This document shows positions 55,588 through 63,564 of a stretch of DNA of 64,000 bases, one piece after another. Both the position numbers and the translations under genes were made by a program. Source of the DNA: an uncultured Clostridia bacterium (GTDB lineage Bacteria > Bacillota > Clostridia > Christensenellales > UBA1242); the NCBI GenBank assembly GCA_947628205.1, contig CANQYX010000003.1, positions 665 to 64,664 on the forward strand, written 5' to 3'. A model generated the notes under the pieces. That model ran no database searches. It had not been told where the DNA came from and worked only from the letters and a program-made list of their open reading frames with translations. How positions within the stretch are numbered: position 1 is the stretch's first letter; the number at the start of each line of letters is the position of its first letter.

Positions 55588-56230
55588 AATCCTTATCTAA
55601 ATATGGATTTTTAAACCCTTGTTTGTTGGTTTGCCTAGAGCGTGCAATTGCGAACTCGTTTTCTTCAACATCCTGATAAATTGTGCTGCCGGCAGCTATA
55701 TACGCATTATCTTTTAAAGTTACAGGAGCAATTAAATTAACATTCGAGCCAACAAAAACATTGTTTCCCAAATAAGATTTTTGCTTAATTTTCCCATTAT
55801 AGTTGCAAAAAACAACCCCACAACCTATGTTGCAATTTTCGCCTAACTCGGCATCTCCAACATATGTTAAGTGCGCAATTTTGCAACCTTTTTTTGTTTT
55901 TGCATTTTTCAATTCAACAAAATTTCCTATTCGGTTGCCTTCGCCAACACAACTGTTCATCCTTATATGCGCAAAAGGCCCAACATGGCTGTTTTTGCCA
56001 ATAAAAGAATTTTCAATTTGGCTGGATAAAATTATAACATTTTCCGCAATTTCGCTCTCTTTAATCACACAAAAACTGCAAACCCTTGTGCCTAAGGCAA
56101 TTGTTGAATTAATAATTGCCACGTTTGGTTCTAAAACTACCCCAGCCGCAATTGTGCTATTTTCGATAACAATATTCATGCGCTTTAATGCGGATTTTGT
56201 TGTTTTTTCGTTATATATTAAAATTTCCAT
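55586..56230 (-). CDS. Stand-alone left-handed beta-helix (hexapeptide) acetyltransferase resembling the GlmU C-terminal domain
   Basis: 214 aa. YVGDAELGENCNIGCGVVFCNYNGKIKQKSYLGNNVFVGSNVNLIAPVTL...AAGSTI matches the GlmU acetyltransferase half. There is no room for a nucleotidyltransferase domain upstream. Confidence 0.7.
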   Translation of the reverse strand: MEILIYNEKTTKSALKRMNIVIENSTIAAGVVLEPNVAIINSTIALGTRVCSFCVIKESEIAENVIILSSQIENSFIGKNSHVGPFAHIRMNSCVGEGNRIGNFVELKNAKTKKGCKIAHLTYVGDAELGENCNIGCGVVFCNYNGKIKQKSYLGNNVFVGSNVNLIAPVTLKDNAYIAAGSTIYQDVEENEFAIARSRQTNKQGFKNPYLDKD

Positions 56231-56272
56231 ATCTTTATATATGAAAAAAATAATTTTAATTTGCTTTTTATT

Positions 56273-56300
56273 TTGATTTCTGTTTCAATTTTTGTATAAT
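56273..56300 (+). promoter_or_regulatory. Promoter of the CPBP operon; -10 ends 6 nt before ATG (leaderless-type)
   Basis: TTGATT (56273-78), 16 nt, TATAAT (56295-300), GATTGT, ATG at 56307. Confidence 0.6.
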
Positions 56301-56306
56301 GATTGT

Positions 56307-57212
56307 ATGGAAAAGAAAGTTTTTTCCGCAAAAGATAGTGCTATAAGCTGGTTGCTGGCATTTGCGTTCAGCCAAGTTGCCTCAGTGGTGTTTACATTAA
56401 TTGGCCTGTTTATTGCATCGTCTTTGGGTTATAACGTATCGCGGTTTGAGGAATTTTTAAATGGTGCAGTTGGTTATGGTTTATCCATGTTGGCATTAGA
56501 TGCTGCGCTGTTTTGTGTTTTTATTTTTTATGGCAAAACGCGCGATAACCACATTGTTTCAAAGCCCAAATTTACAAAAATTTTATTATATATCGCCCTG
56601 GCCATTTTAGCGTTTTTTGCGCTTTATCCTATTGTTTCTTGCCTTGACAGATTGTTTAAATTTCTAGGGGCAAATTTGCAAGGGTTGCCTTTTAATTGGA
56701 GCAGAAAAAATTATTTTATATCAATTATTAGCGTGGCGCTTGTACCCGCCATCTGTGAAGAATTAATTTTCCGCGGTTTAATTTTTAAAGGGCTAAAAAA
56801 ACATGGCAAAGTTGTGTCAATTTTTTTAAGTGCCATAATGTTTGCCATATTTCACATGTCATATCAACAACTTATCTACCCTTTTTTGATGGGTTTGATG
56901 TTCGCAGTTATAATGTATTATGAAAACAACATAATATATACTATTATCGCCCATTTTGTTAACAATTTTATTAGCTTGACCATCAGTTACTTTAACATCA
57001 ATCTATTTAATAGCCATTGGTGGTATATAGTGCTTGCGGTTGTGCTTTTAATTGTTTTCTTAACCATAATTTGCTATTTCGTTTTTAAAAACAAAAACAG
57101 GCAAGAAAATGTAAAATTTGAATTGGACTCAAAAAAATATTTAATAATATCGTTTTGCATAATGTCATTTATTTGGGTTGTATTTAACATTTATAGAATT
57201 TTTTATAGTTGA
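56307..57212 (+). CDS. CPBP family intramembrane glutamic endopeptidase (CAAX protease/Abi)
   Basis: Motifs EELIFRG, FAIFH and HFVNNF in a polytopic membrane protein. Confidence 0.8.
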   Translation: MEKKVFSAKDSAISWLLAFAFSQVASVVFTLIGLFIASSLGYNVSRFEEFLNGAVGYGLSMLALDAALFCVFIFYGKTRDNHIVSKPKFTKILLYIALAILAFFALYPIVSCLDRLFKFLGANLQGLPFNWSRKNYFISIISVALVPAICEELIFRGLIFKGLKKHGKVVSIFLSAIMFAIFHMSYQQLIYPFLMGLMFAVIMYYENNIIYTIIAHFVNNFISLTISYFNINLFNSHWWYIVLAVVLLIVFLTIICYFVFKNKNRQENVKFELDSKKYLIISFCIMSFIWVVFNIYRIFYS

Positions 57213-57214
57213 AA

Positions 57215-58342
57215 ATGAAAATGAAAAACAAAAACTTTTTTAAAATTAATTTTATTTATTTCACAGCAATGATATGTGTTGCTGTCGTTTTTGTTTTGGG
57301 TTATGCGGGCGTAATAAAAAATGAAGTTCTATCTTCTTTCCTTATCCAAATTGTTGTTATGTTCGCCATCCCGTTATTAATGTACACCGTCCTTATTTCG
57401 CGCAACGTAAAACAAACTTTTAAAGATGCAGGATTTAAAAAATTAAGCGGAAAAATGATTGCCTTAACAATTCTTATTGGCATAGTTTTATACTTTGTTA
57501 ACTCGTTTGTTGCAGATGCTTTTTCTAGCATTATAGCGCTGTTTGGTTATGAAAATTTATATGGTGCAACAACCATTAGATTAACTTATAAATATTTGCT
57601 AAAAGATTTTATTTTGTCCGCAATTTTTCCAGCATTTTGCGAGGAGTTTTTGCATCGCGGAATAATGCTTTTTAGTAATAAAAAAGTTAACAATCCTAGA
57701 TATTGTTTAATAATTTCTTCCATCCTTTTTGGCTTAATGCATTTGAACATTAATCAGTTCTTTTATGCGGCCATATTGGGTGGCCTAACGGGTTATGTTG
57801 CCCTTTGCGCAGATAGCATATATTGTTCGATGATAATCCACTTCATAAACAATTTTCTTTCAAGCTATTTCCTATATGGGCTTTATTTAAATTTTCCGCT
57901 GGCAAGATTTGTAAATGGCATTTCAACCGCCATACGCTCAAACATAATAATTTTTATTATAACAGCCACCGCTTTTATTTTGTTGCTGTTTATAAGTTTT
58001 AAACTTTTAACCGACATGTTAAGGCGAGAGCGAGCAAAAAATGAGGTGAAACAAATAATTCAAAACCTCAATTTAGAAAATTTAAGTTACGATGAAATGC
58101 AATCTAAAATCAGTTTGGCAAACGATATTATTTCAAAAAGCAAAATAAGCATATTCGCCCAATCCACCCACACACAAAGCCAAGCACAAGCGGATGATAA
58201 ACAATCTTTGCAAGAAAATAACAATTTAAACACAAACCCTTTAACAAAAAAATCTGTGTTTGTTGATAAAATTTTTCTTATTATGTCGTTTGTTTTAGGC
58301 TCTTTAATTACAATTATGACATTTATTTGGGGGATAATTTAA
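57215..58342 (+). CDS. Second CPBP family intramembrane protease with a C-terminal extension
   Basis: Motifs EEFLHRG, GLMHL and HFINNF. An extra segment of about 100 aa is followed by a final TM segment. ATG at 57215. Confidence 0.8.
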   Translation: MKMKNKNFFKINFIYFTAMICVAVVFVLGYAGVIKNEVLSSFLIQIVVMFAIPLLMYTVLISRNVKQTFKDAGFKKLSGKMIALTILIGIVLYFVNSFVADAFSSIIALFGYENLYGATTIRLTYKYLLKDFILSAIFPAFCEEFLHRGIMLFSNKKVNNPRYCLIISSILFGLMHLNINQFFYAAILGGLTGYVALCADSIYCSMIIHFINNFLSSYFLYGLYLNFPLARFVNGISTAIRSNIIIFIITATAFILLLFISFKLLTDMLRRERAKNEVKQIIQNLNLENLSYDEMQSKISLANDIISKSKISIFAQSTHTQSQAQADDKQSLQENNNLNTNPLTKKSVFVDKIFLIMSFVLGSLITIMTFIWGII

Positions 58343-58812
58343 TGTTGAAAATTAACTTAGTTTGCATGGGGGAAATAAAAGAAAAATTTTTTGCCGATGC
58401 CATTAATGAATATGTTAAGCGCATCTCGCGTTTCGCCCAATTAAAGATTGTTGAATTGAAAGAAAATGTTGCAAAGTCAAGCGCGGAAAAAGATGTTTTG
58501 TCCGCATTAAAAAAGGATGCTTTAGAAATAGAAAAACATATTTCGGGTTATTCAATTTGTTTGGCAATTGAGGGCAAAATGTATGATAGTGTTGCTTTTT
58601 CTAAACATCTTGAACAACTTGCAATTTACAATAGTGAAATATCATTTATAATTGGCGCATCCAACGGCCTAACGCAAGAATTAAAAAATTCGTGCAAAGA
58701 AAAAATTTCCTTTTCTAAAATGACCTTCCCTCATCAGCTTATGCGCGTTGTTTTTTTAGAGCAACTTTATAGGGCGTTTACCATTTCAAACAACATAAAT
58801 TATCATAAATAA
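58342..58812 (+). CDS. rlmH: 23S rRNA (pseudouridine1915-N3)-methyltransferase RlmH
   Basis: 156 aa SPOUT protein (IIGASNGL, MTFPHQLMRV). The ATG overlaps the preceding TAA (TAATG). GGGGGA Shine-Dalgarno. Confidence 0.85.
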   Translation: MLKINLVCMGEIKEKFFADAINEYVKRISRFAQLKIVELKENVAKSSAEKDVLSALKKDALEIEKHISGYSICLAIEGKMYDSVAFSKHLEQLAIYNSEISFIIGASNGLTQELKNSCKEKISFSKMTFPHQLMRVVFLEQLYRAFTISNNINYHK

Positions 58813-58923
58813 TTTTTACTCTTAATCTTAAATTGTTATTTCAAGGCCGGTTGAATTATTTTTTATGCTAATTTAACAAAACTCATTAAAATTTCATATA
58901 AAATTGTGATTTTAAGGAGTGTT

Positions 58924-59925
58924 ATGACATATCAAGAATTAATTGGAAAAATTGTGGCGCTGCAAGATGAGGGGCTTGAACTATTCAACGCTGGCAAATC
59001 GGTTTTGGGCAAAAACTTACTTGCAACACACGTTGGGGATTATTCCGGCCCGCAAGTTTTAATTCAAGCAGGAATCCATGCGCGTGAATATATAACATCG
59101 CTTTTGTTGGTTGAAATGGCAAGAAATTTGTATTTAAATGACTTAGTTCATGGCGGAGGAATTTATTTTGTTTTTTTGGTTAATCCAGACGGAGCGGAAA
59201 TCGTTCTTGACGGAATTGAGTCGGTAAATTGCGACATTACACGCAATTATTTAATTTCAGCAAATAATGGCAGTTTAGATTTTTCGCAATATAAAGCGAA
59301 TATAAATTTAGTAGATTTAAACACAAATTTTAATGCCGATTGGGGCGGAGGAAGTCAAAATGTTTTTTGCCCTTCAACAGAAGATTTTGTAGGGTTCTAC
59401 CCTGAAAGTGAACGAGAGGTTCAATCGCTTATAAATTTTACTTTGCAAACTCGCCCACTTTTAACCATTTCCTACCACACTAAAGGCGAGGTTATATATT
59501 ATGGTTTTGAAAATATGTCAAGCGAAAATCTCACTCGAGATCAACTTATTGGCGAAAGTTTTAGCGAATATACCGGATACCCACTAATTTTTACAGAAAA
59601 TTCAACTGGCGGATATAAAGATTGGTGCATCAACACACTTAAAATTCCTGCCTACACTTTTGAAGTTGGAAGTGCCGATCTGCCGCATCCCATTGGCGAA
59701 GAGAATTTGCCCGAAATATATGAAAAAAATAAAGAAATTCCACTAATTGCGCTTGAAAAAGCAAAAGAATATGCAAATCAAATTGACTTTGCCCTGTCTT
59801 TTGTGCAAAATAAGGTTAAAGGGGAAAGTTATGAAAAAACAAACAAATCCAATGCAACTGGCTACTACGCTAGGTTGCAAAGCAGAATTGAAGGGAGAAA
59901 TTCCAATAGGCGCAGTGATTGTTAG
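58924..59925 (+). CDS. M14 family zinc carboxypeptidase (gamma-D-glutamyl-meso-DAP peptidase-like)
   Basis: Zinc motif QAGIHAREYITS and later YHTKGEVIYY. AAGGAG Shine-Dalgarno before the ATG at 58924. The 3' end overlaps tadA by 95 nt. Confidence 0.75.
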   Translation: MTYQELIGKIVALQDEGLELFNAGKSVLGKNLLATHVGDYSGPQVLIQAGIHAREYITSLLLVEMARNLYLNDLVHGGGIYFVFLVNPDGAEIVLDGIESVNCDITRNYLISANNGSLDFSQYKANINLVDLNTNFNADWGGGSQNVFCPSTEDFVGFYPESEREVQSLINFTLQTRPLLTISYHTKGEVIYYGFENMSSENLTRDQLIGESFSEYTGYPLIFTENSTGGYKDWCINTLKIPAYTFEVGSADLPHPIGEENLPEIYEKNKEIPLIALEKAKEYANQIDFALSFVQNKVKGESYEKTNKSNATGYYARLQSRIEGRNSNRRSDC

Positions 59926-60295
59926 AGATGGAGAAATTATTGCCTCGACCTATAACACACGCGAATCCGACCAAATTGCCACGCACCACGCTGAAATTAA
60001 GGCAATAGAGCGCGCATGCAAAAAATTAAATTCTTGGCGTTTGGACGATTGCGATTTATATGTGACTCTCGAACCCTGCCCTATGTGCGCAGGGGCAATC
60101 GTTAATGCCAGAATTAAAAATGTTTATTTCGCAGTTAAGGATAGCGACAGTGGAGGGATAACGCGCTTTAATATTTTAAACAACACCTTAAATCACACAA
60201 CCGAAGCCAAACAGCTTATTGAATTTGAAGAGGTTAATAAAAATTTAATTCAAAAATTTTTTAAAAATAAAAGAAAAATTCAAAAAAATAAATAA
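59831..60295 (+). CDS. tadA: tRNA adenosine(34) deaminase
   Basis: HAEIKAIE and TLEPCPMCAGAI deaminase motifs. GGGGAAAG Shine-Dalgarno before the ATG at 59831. Confidence 0.9.
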   Translation: MKKQTNPMQLATTLGCKAELKGEIPIGAVIVRDGEIIASTYNTRESDQIATHHAEIKAIERACKKLNSWRLDDCDLYVTLEPCPMCAGAIVNARIKNVYFAVKDSDSGGITRFNILNNTLNHTTEAKQLIEFEEVNKNLIQKFFKNKRKIQKNK

Positions 60296-60351
60296 AAAAC
60301 CTTAAAAAATTAAAAAATTGATATTAAATTTAATATTTTTTAAAATTTATT

Positions 60352-60384
60352 AAAAAAGAAGTGTTTTATTTAACACTTCTTTTT
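60352..60384. terminator. Bidirectional terminator between tadA and hup
   Basis: AAAAAA-GAAGTGTT-ttattt-AACACTTC-TTTTT. The right arm includes the last hup codons. Confidence 0.8.
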
Positions 60385-60638
60385 AAATTGTCGCTCGCTT
60401 TAAAAGAGGGTGTTTTGCGCGCGCCAACAATGTTTGTTTTGCCAGTTTTAAAATTGTACATTGCTTTAGATTTAATTTCGTTAACTTTAAATTTGCCAAA
60501 GTTAGAAAGTGTTACGCTGTCGCCATTTTTTAGCGCATCCTTTATAACATCCAATATTGCATCCAAGCAAAGTTTGCAATCTTTTTTTGTTAAACCGGCT
60601 TTGGTTTTAACAATGTCCACGAATTCGTTTTTGTTCAT
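60366..60638 (-). CDS. hup: DNA-binding protein HU
   Basis: MNKNEFVDIVKTKAGLTKKDCKLCLDAILDVIKDALKNGDSVTLSNFGKFKV...ARKTPSFKAS. 90 aa. GGAGG Shine-Dalgarno. Confidence 0.92.
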   Translation of the reverse strand: MNKNEFVDIVKTKAGLTKKDCKLCLDAILDVIKDALKNGDSVTLSNFGKFKVNEIKSKAMYNFKTGKTNIVGARKTPSFKASDNLKRSVK

Positions 60639-60780
60639 AAGGCCTCCAAACCAATTGTTGCCACAAATCCTGAGTTTAAACATAAATTTAATAAAATGTA
60701 AAAATTAAGTAAAAATTTTTAAAAATTATAATTTTTTTAGCAATTTTTATAGTTTTTTATTAATTTTTTTAATATTTTTA

Positions 60781-62301
60781 TTATTTTTTAATAATTTTTT
60801 GTGTTTTTATCTTTTTATATTTCAACATAGCAATATCTTTTTTATCATAAATTTTAATTACTAGCAAAACTCCTAAATATACCAATCCCGCCAAAGCAAT
60901 AGCCAAAAGCGTTGTAATTGCCGTTAATTTTAAATTTAATAATATAAACAAACTAATCAACATCGCAAAATTTGCAATAACAATTTTTCCAAAAAAGCAA
61001 TTGGATATTTTCAAATTAAAAATTTCTCTAACACAAAAATGATTAAGTGCTGCACAAACCACATAACACATTGTATTAGCCGCCGCAAGCGCGTAAATGT
61101 TTACACCTGTCCACAAAAATCCAATTTCAATTGCAAATTTTATAATAACCGCAATAAGTAAATTTTTTATGGTAACGCTTCGTCTGTCTGCTGCTTGCAA
61201 ACAACTTGAATATATTTGATTAACCGACAAAAACACTACGCCAAAACTAGAAATTGCAAGCAATCTTGACGCTATATTTAACCCATCTAATCCATGCGCA
61301 GACAAACGTGCGCCATATAATAAATTTATAAACTGATTTGGCAACAACAAAAAACACAATGCGCAAGGAATTGTTATAATAAGCACAATTTTTATTGCCA
61401 AATTCAATTTAAAACTTTTGTTAAATGTGTTTTGTTTACCACTAAGATTTGGCAAAATTACGCTTGCAATTGCAAACGAAAAAATTGTTGGCAAACTGAC
61501 TAAATTATTTACCGCACCGCTTTCCAAACCGTACAAATAAATTGAAATCGGCCGAGAAAAATTTAATAGATTTACCACAATTAAACTATCTATAAAACTT
61601 GCAATCGGCAATATTATGTTAGAAATTGTAATTGGCAAGATATCTTTCAAAATTTCCTTGGTTTTTATGTCGGTTTGTACCGATTGAAGTCCACTATTTT
61701 TAAAGCAAATTAACAACACAATAATTGAAACAACTTCACTTACAACAATGCTTGCCATTGCCCCAATTATGGCCGCCAGCAAACTTACACGCAACAAAAC
61801 AAAACTTAATGTTAACCCTAACAACAACTTAACAAATTGTTCAATTATATTGGACAGCGCACTAGGCGTAAAATTTTGTCTGCCCTGAAAATATCCGCGC
61901 AAAACGCTAGCCAAACTAACAATAATAATTGTTGGAGCTAAAATTAAATAACACACCCAAATAGACGGTTCGCCTTGTATGTGTGCCAACCCTTTGCTTG
62001 ACAAAATCAGAATGGCAGTTAACACTAGCGAAACCACGCTCACAAATGCAATTGATTTTTTTAAAACTTGTTTTTCGCTGCCCCTATATTTTGCAATAAC
62101 CTTGGATATAGCCATAGGCAAACCGGCCGTTGCTAAAACAACGCAAAGTGAATAGAAAGGGAAGATAAGTTGATAAATTCCAATTCCTTCCCCACCCAAA
62201 ATGCGCGTTAATCCGATGCGGTAAATTGCACTAAAAATTTTAGCCATAATTCCGCCCACTGAAAGTATAAATGCGCCAGTTATAATGTTGTTCCTTTTCA
62301 T
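60781..62301 (-). CDS. MOP-superfamily polysaccharide/lipid II flippase (SpoVB/MurJ/YtgP-like)
   Basis: 506 aa, about 14 TM segments. N-terminal GAFILSVGGIMAKIFSAIYRIGLTRILGGEGIGIYQ is typical of the family. Confidence 0.75.
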   Translation of the reverse strand: MKRNNIITGAFILSVGGIMAKIFSAIYRIGLTRILGGEGIGIYQLIFPFYSLCVVLATAGLPMAISKVIAKYRGSEKQVLKKSIAFVSVVSLVLTAILILSSKGLAHIQGEPSIWVCYLILAPTIIIVSLASVLRGYFQGRQNFTPSALSNIIEQFVKLLLGLTLSFVLLRVSLLAAIIGAMASIVVSEVVSIIVLLICFKNSGLQSVQTDIKTKEILKDILPITISNIILPIASFIDSLIVVNLLNFSRPISIYLYGLESGAVNNLVSLPTIFSFAIASVILPNLSGKQNTFNKSFKLNLAIKIVLIITIPCALCFLLLPNQFINLLYGARLSAHGLDGLNIASRLLAISSFGVVFLSVNQIYSSCLQAADRRSVTIKNLLIAVIIKFAIEIGFLWTGVNIYALAAANTMCYVVCAALNHFCVREIFNLKISNCFFGKIVIANFAMLISLFILLNLKLTAITTLLAIALAGLVYLGVLLVIKIYDKKDIAMLKYKKIKTQKIIKK

Positions 62302-62345
62302 GTAATTATCTTTTGTAAAATATAAAAAAATATTAAAAAATTAAA

Positions 62346-62428
62346 TTTTTAATGCAATTTTTTAATTTTTTATTAATTTTTGCCATATTTTTTAATTTTT
62401 TAAAAATTTTTTGCTATTTTTTAATTTT
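62346..62428. repeat. Phased T-tract array in a divergent promoter region
   Basis: T-runs start at 62346, 62358, 62366, 62377, 62388, 62396, 62407, 62417 and 62425. Mean spacing is 9.9 nt. Confidence 0.85.
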
Positions 62429-62449
62429 ACAAAAGAAACAAAAAATAAC

Positions 62450-62478
62450 TTGATAAAACGCAACAAATTTATTATAAT
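62450..62478 (+). promoter_or_regulatory. dusB promoter; -10 ends 6 nt before ATG (leaderless-type)
   Basis: TTGATA (62450-55), 17 nt, TATAAT (62473-78), TTTTAT, ATG at 62485. Confidence 0.65.
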
Positions 62479-62484
62479 TTTTAT

Positions 62485-63399
62485 ATGAAAAGATTTAAAT
62501 TCAAAAAATTTATTATCGCTCTTGCACCCATGGCAGGAGTAACCGACTTTGCTTTTAGAAAAATTTGCGCTGATTTTGGCGCGGATATGGTTGTAACTGA
62601 AATGGTTAGCATAAAGGCACTAGACAACAAAAGCATAAAAACCAACAATTTGCTAAGAGAGGAAAGTTCTGCCCTGCGTGCCTGCCAACTTTTTGGTCGT
62701 GATGCGGAAGCGATTAATCGAGTTTTAAAAAATGAAGTTTTTAATAAATTTGATTATATCGATTTCAACTGCGGATGCCCAGCACCTAAAATTGTTAAAA
62801 ATGGAGATGGCTGTACCATGATGAAAAATTTAGAAAAAACGCGCGCGGTAATTTTAGCTTTGGTTAATGCTACAGATAAGCCGGTTTCGGTAAAATTTAG
62901 GCTGGGCATTGACGGGAATGAAAATTATATTCAATTTGCAAAAATGTGCGAGGAATGCGGGGTAAGTTTTTTAACGCTTCACGCTCGCACCCGCGAACAA
63001 GGATATGCAGGAAATGTTGATAAAACTGCCTATAAAAAATTGATTGATGCGGTTAAAATTCCTGTTCTTTGGAGTGGCGACATTAAAACAAAACAAGATG
63101 TTGAATATGCCAAAGAAATAGGGTGTGCAGGCGTTATGATAGGCAGAAATGCACTAGGAAATCCAGAGATATTTTCAACGCTAAAAAACAAAAAACCGCC
63201 TTATTGCAAAAAGCAAGCAATTATAAATCATTTAAAAATGCTAAAAACTCAATTTAAAACTGAACGCACTCTTGTTGCATATTTTAAAAAGCATTTGATG
63301 TGGTATGTGCGCGCAAGCAAAAACGCCACATTAATAAAACAAAAAATTTTAGAATTCACCACACTAAAACAAATTGAAAATTTAATTGATGAGCTGTAA
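62485..63399 (+). CDS. dusB: tRNA-dihydrouridine synthase
   Basis: 304 aa. LAPMAGVTD, NCGCPAPK and HARTR motifs. Confidence 0.9.
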   Translation: MKRFKFKKFIIALAPMAGVTDFAFRKICADFGADMVVTEMVSIKALDNKSIKTNNLLREESSALRACQLFGRDAEAINRVLKNEVFNKFDYIDFNCGCPAPKIVKNGDGCTMMKNLEKTRAVILALVNATDKPVSVKFRLGIDGNENYIQFAKMCEECGVSFLTLHARTREQGYAGNVDKTAYKKLIDAVKIPVLWSGDIKTKQDVEYAKEIGCAGVMIGRNALGNPEIFSTLKNKKPPYCKKQAIINHLKMLKTQFKTERTLVAYFKKHLMWYVRASKNATLIKQKILEFTTLKQIENLIDEL

Positions 63400-63432
63400 C
63401 GTTAAATATTTAAAAATGGGCTTAATTGCCCA

Positions 63433-63564
63433 TTTTTTATAAAAATTTTTAAAAATTTTTAATTTTTTGCCAAATTTTTGGCATTTTTTACTAATTTTTT
63501 AACGATTTTTTGCAATTTTTTATTAATTTTTTATGATTTTTTAATTTTTTATAATTTTATTTTT
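63433..63564. repeat. Phased T-tract array between convergent genes (dusB / ldh)
   Basis: T-runs start at 63433, 63446, 63456, 63463, 63475, 63484, 63495, 63506, 63516, 63527, 63537, 63545 and 63555. Mean spacing is 10.2 nt. Confidence 0.9.

Noticed and set aside
54929-56276. Minus-strand 144-aa ORF opposite the kinase gene (54929-55363) and plus-strand 157-aa ORF opposite the LbH gene (55803-56276). Also 60361-60708 opposite hup and 63478-63714 across the T-tract array.
   Set aside because: The opposite strands carry proteins with clear family motifs. These frames have none.
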